A DNA stretch of 63,465 nucleotides, counting the filler, from Tricharina praecox (lineage: Eukaryota), in the NCBI RefSeq assembly GCF_024521635.1. It is 6 parts of 6 records of this genome, joined end to end, with 100 filler letters (N's around TTAATTAATTAA, not from the genome) between each part and the next. Parts side by side here need not be neighbours in the genome. Positions count along the whole stretch, not along the records: positions 57,886 to 63,465 come from NW_026250495.1; 5 more parts are not named here. One strand, given 5' to 3'. How positions within the stretch are numbered: the first letter of the stretch is position 1; each line of letters begins with the position of its first letter. Below the pieces are notes generated by a model. It was not told where the DNA came from and did no database searches. It worked only from the letters and a program-made list of their open reading frames with translations. Made by a program: the position numbers and the translations under genes. Below are positions 60,274-63,465 of the stretch, one piece after another.

Positions 60274-63200
60274 ACCCTGGATATCCGCGGTGCCTACAAC
60301 CTTGTGCGGATGGCGGAAGGAGAAGAGTGGAAAACTGCCTTCCGGACACGCTATGGGCTCTTCGAATCCCTCGTCATGCCCTTCGGCCTCACCAACGCCC
60401 CTGCCGACTTCCAAGCTCTGATCAACGATGTGCTACGCCCGTTCCTCGACGACTTCTGTACCGCATTCATCGATGACGTCTTCATTTACAGCGGATCCTT
60501 AGATGAACACCGGAAACATGTCAGGAAAGTACTTCAGGCCTTATCAGCAGCCGGTCTACATCTCAAACCCGAAAAATGTCATTTCCACCAGACGGAAGTC
60601 AAGTATTTGGGACTGATCATTACAACAAACGGGATCAAGATGGACCCAGCGAAAGTCTCCTGCATACTGGAATGGGAGGAGCCGAGTACCGTCACCGATG
60701 TGCAATGCTTTCTGGGATTTGCGAACTTCTACCGGCGATTCATCCAAGACTATTCCAAGGTGGTATCCCCATTGACAGCATTGACCAAGAAGGAGGATGG
60801 AAAGTATGTTCCCTTCGTGTGGGGACCGGAACAGCAGAAAGCATTCGACGAACTAAAAACAGCATTCACCTCGGCCCTGATCCTCCGGCACTTCGACTAC
60901 GATCGGCAGATAGTAGTGGAAACTGACGCCTCCGACTACGTCTCTGCCGGAGTCCTATCTCAGTACGACGACGAGGGAATTCTGCACCCAGTGGCATTCT
61001 ATTCCAAGAAACACTCCCCGGCAGAATGCAACTACGAGATCTATGACAAAGAACTCCTTGCAATCATCCGCGCCTTTGAGGAGTGGAGACCACATCTGGA
61101 GGGCGCTCCTCACCCCATCCAAGTCCTAAGCGACCACAAGAATCTGGAGTATTTCATGACAACGAAACTACTCAACCGACGACAAGCGCGATGGTCAGAG
61201 TTCCTTTCCCGTTTCCATTTCAAGATTGTCTACCGACCAGGCAAAGCGGGAGGAAAACCGGATGCACTGACCAGGAGGTCAGGAGACCTCCCTAAAGAAG
61301 GGGATGAAAGACTGCTCGCCAACCAGCAGGCAGTCCTGAAACCGGACAACCTACCGGAAGAGCTCCGGTTGGCAGCAACCAACACACCCGAACAAGACCG
61401 TCCCCTCCTCACGTCACTGATAACAGAAGGCTACGACATAGACCCCGTCCCAAATCGAATCCTCGAGCTACTCCGAAATGGTACACGCCACTCGAAGGAG
61501 ATCTCCTTGGCCGAATGCCGCGAAGTCAACGGGCAACTGATCTACCGAGACTGCCTCTATGTTCCAGAGTACGACCGACTCCGACTACGACTGATCCAGG
61601 ACCACCACGACCCACCGACCATGGGGCACCCAGGGCGCGCGAAAAACCCTGAACTACTTGCTCGAAGGTACTACTGGCCACAGATGCGAAAGGACGTTGA
61701 CCAGTTTGTCCGAAACTGCCACACCTGCCGACGAACCAAGGCCACCCGGCACGCACCCTATGGTGTCCTGCGCCCCCTCCCAGTACCCGAGAAGCCATGG
61801 CAACACATCTCAGTCGACTTTGTCACTGGCTTACCGGCCTCAAAGGGGTTTGACGCCATCTGTGTTTTTGTTGACCGACTGACCAAGCAACGCCATCTCC
61901 TACCATGTACCACGACCATCACCTCGGAAGGACTGGCCGAGCTGTTCTGCGACCGGATCTTCAGGTACCACGGGTTGCCAGAAACCATCGTCTCGGATAG
62001 GGGTCCCCAGTTTGCCTCGAGATTCTGGAAACACCTATGCTCATGCCTCAAGATCGAGCCACGCCTGTCGACCTGCCTTCCACCCCCAGACCGACGGCCA
62101 AACCGAACGGATGAACACCGTCATGGAACAGCACCTCCGCGCGTACGTCAGCTACCTCCAGGATGACTGGGTCGACTACCTCTTCTTGGCCGAATTCGCT
62201 GGCAACAACCAGGTCTCCGACACTGACTACCTCTGTCCCATTCTTCGCTAACCTAGGATACCACCCACGGTGTGACTTTGAGCTGGATATCCGTGTCGAC
62301 ACCAAGGAGGAACATCAAGCTCAGAGTGCAGCGGAACGGTTGCATCAAATCCACGACGTCGCCCGCAGCCAAATGCGGTATGCCCAGGCACGGCAACAGG
62401 ACGACTCCGACCGACACCGAACCCCTGCGCCAGCGTTCCAACCAGGCGACATGGTATGGGTGGATGGTCGGAACTGGCGCACCGAGAGACCCAGTCGCAA
62501 GCTGGAAAACAAACACCATGGTCCCTACCGTGTGATTCGGACAATCGGAACCCACGCCTACGAATTGGACATCCCGGACACCGTTCAGAAGCACCGAACA
62601 TTTCCTGTATCCCTCCTTCATGCCTCCGCTGACGATCCCTTCCCTGGACAAATTCCACCGCCACCACTTCCGGTAATCGTGGACGACCAAGAAGAAGTGG
62701 GAGGTTGAAGAGGTCCTCGACAGCCGGAACCTCAGGGGCAAACTCCAGTACCTGGTAAAATGGAGAGGCTACGCGGCACCAACATGGGAACCAGAGGAGA
62801 ACCTTACCGAGGTACAAGCTGTGGACGACTTCCATCGACGATACCCCATGCAGCCTGGACCAGTCGAACTTGCTCTCGTGGGAACTCGAGCCTTAGGAGG
62901 GACTACTGTCACGGCTCGCGATGGAATGACGAAGGGAGAGTCGGCACAAGGATCGGGAGAGCTTGGGGGGCAGTGCAGAGGCAGTGCACCGGCAGTGCAA
63001 GGATGAGTCGCAGAGGATTTGGGGCTGTGTGCAGGGAGCAGGGATAGCGCAGCAATGAGCCGCAGGAGATTGGGGCTGTGTGCAGGAAGCACGGGTAGTG
63101 CGGCTGCGCAGGGTATGAGTCACGGAAGTGGGGTACTGGCAAGGTGGATTTCTCAGGGTCTGGCACACGCCCACGGTCATTGTCAGGTTGCGGGAAGAAG

Positions 63201-63465
63201 TGGAGGATTTTCTATATAAACGGGCCGTTGCCCCTCTGTATTTAGTTCTTCACGCAACAACTTGTTAATTCAATCACTGTTACCTCTGTCCTTGCCTCGG
63301 CTGCCGTCTGCGCCGTAGTCCTTGTCCCTGCCTCTGTTCTCAGTTGCCGTCTGCACTGAGTCCCTGCCTCACCTTGTCCCCTGAACCCGTCTTGCCTCTA
63401 CCGAACCCAGAACCCGATCCCCAGCCCGACTTCGCTACCTGGAGCCTTGCCCGACCGTGCCGTTA
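59087..63465 (+). mobile_element. Young Gypsy chromovirus pol (PR-RT-RH-IN-chromodomain) with 3' LTR 62907-63465 (last CA outside the window)
   Basis: 665-aa ORF 60169..62166 with AFIDD, VETDASD and IN core; isolated 1-bp frameshifts; PPT 62895-62906. Confidence 0.96.

Overview
Fungal genomic DNA with spliced genes, probably a Pezizomycete (inferred from gene and transposon style and the absence of RIP). It is not one locus. Six contigs (>=15950, 12282, 10718, 10545, 7890 and >=5580 bp, strictly decreasing) are joined by an artificial N44-TTAATTAATTAA-N44 spacer, so adjacency across spacers has no biological meaning. Contig 1: a Pth11-like GPCR, a Pro-rich repeat protein, an Upc2-like Zn2Cys6 factor, a disordered protein ending in an amyloid-like motif, a membrane-protein pseudogene and a 51-bp-arm hairpin. 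Contig 2: mostly a 10.5-kb fold-back palindrome duplicating a GPI-anchored AA11 LPMO and a small Cys-rich gene. Contig 3: degraded, repeat-rich DNA with an SRA-YDG ORF and a LINE remnant. Contigs 4-6: a nest of Ty3/Gypsy chromoviruses with Tf1-like self-priming complementarity, a -1 frameshift signal, a pol ORF running into the 3' LTR, same-orientation self-insertions with 5-bp TSDs, and a second fold-back whose turn sits on the frameshift hairpin. Both fold-backs are most likely library or assembly chimeras. No new biological system is demonstrated; the best candidates are in findings.
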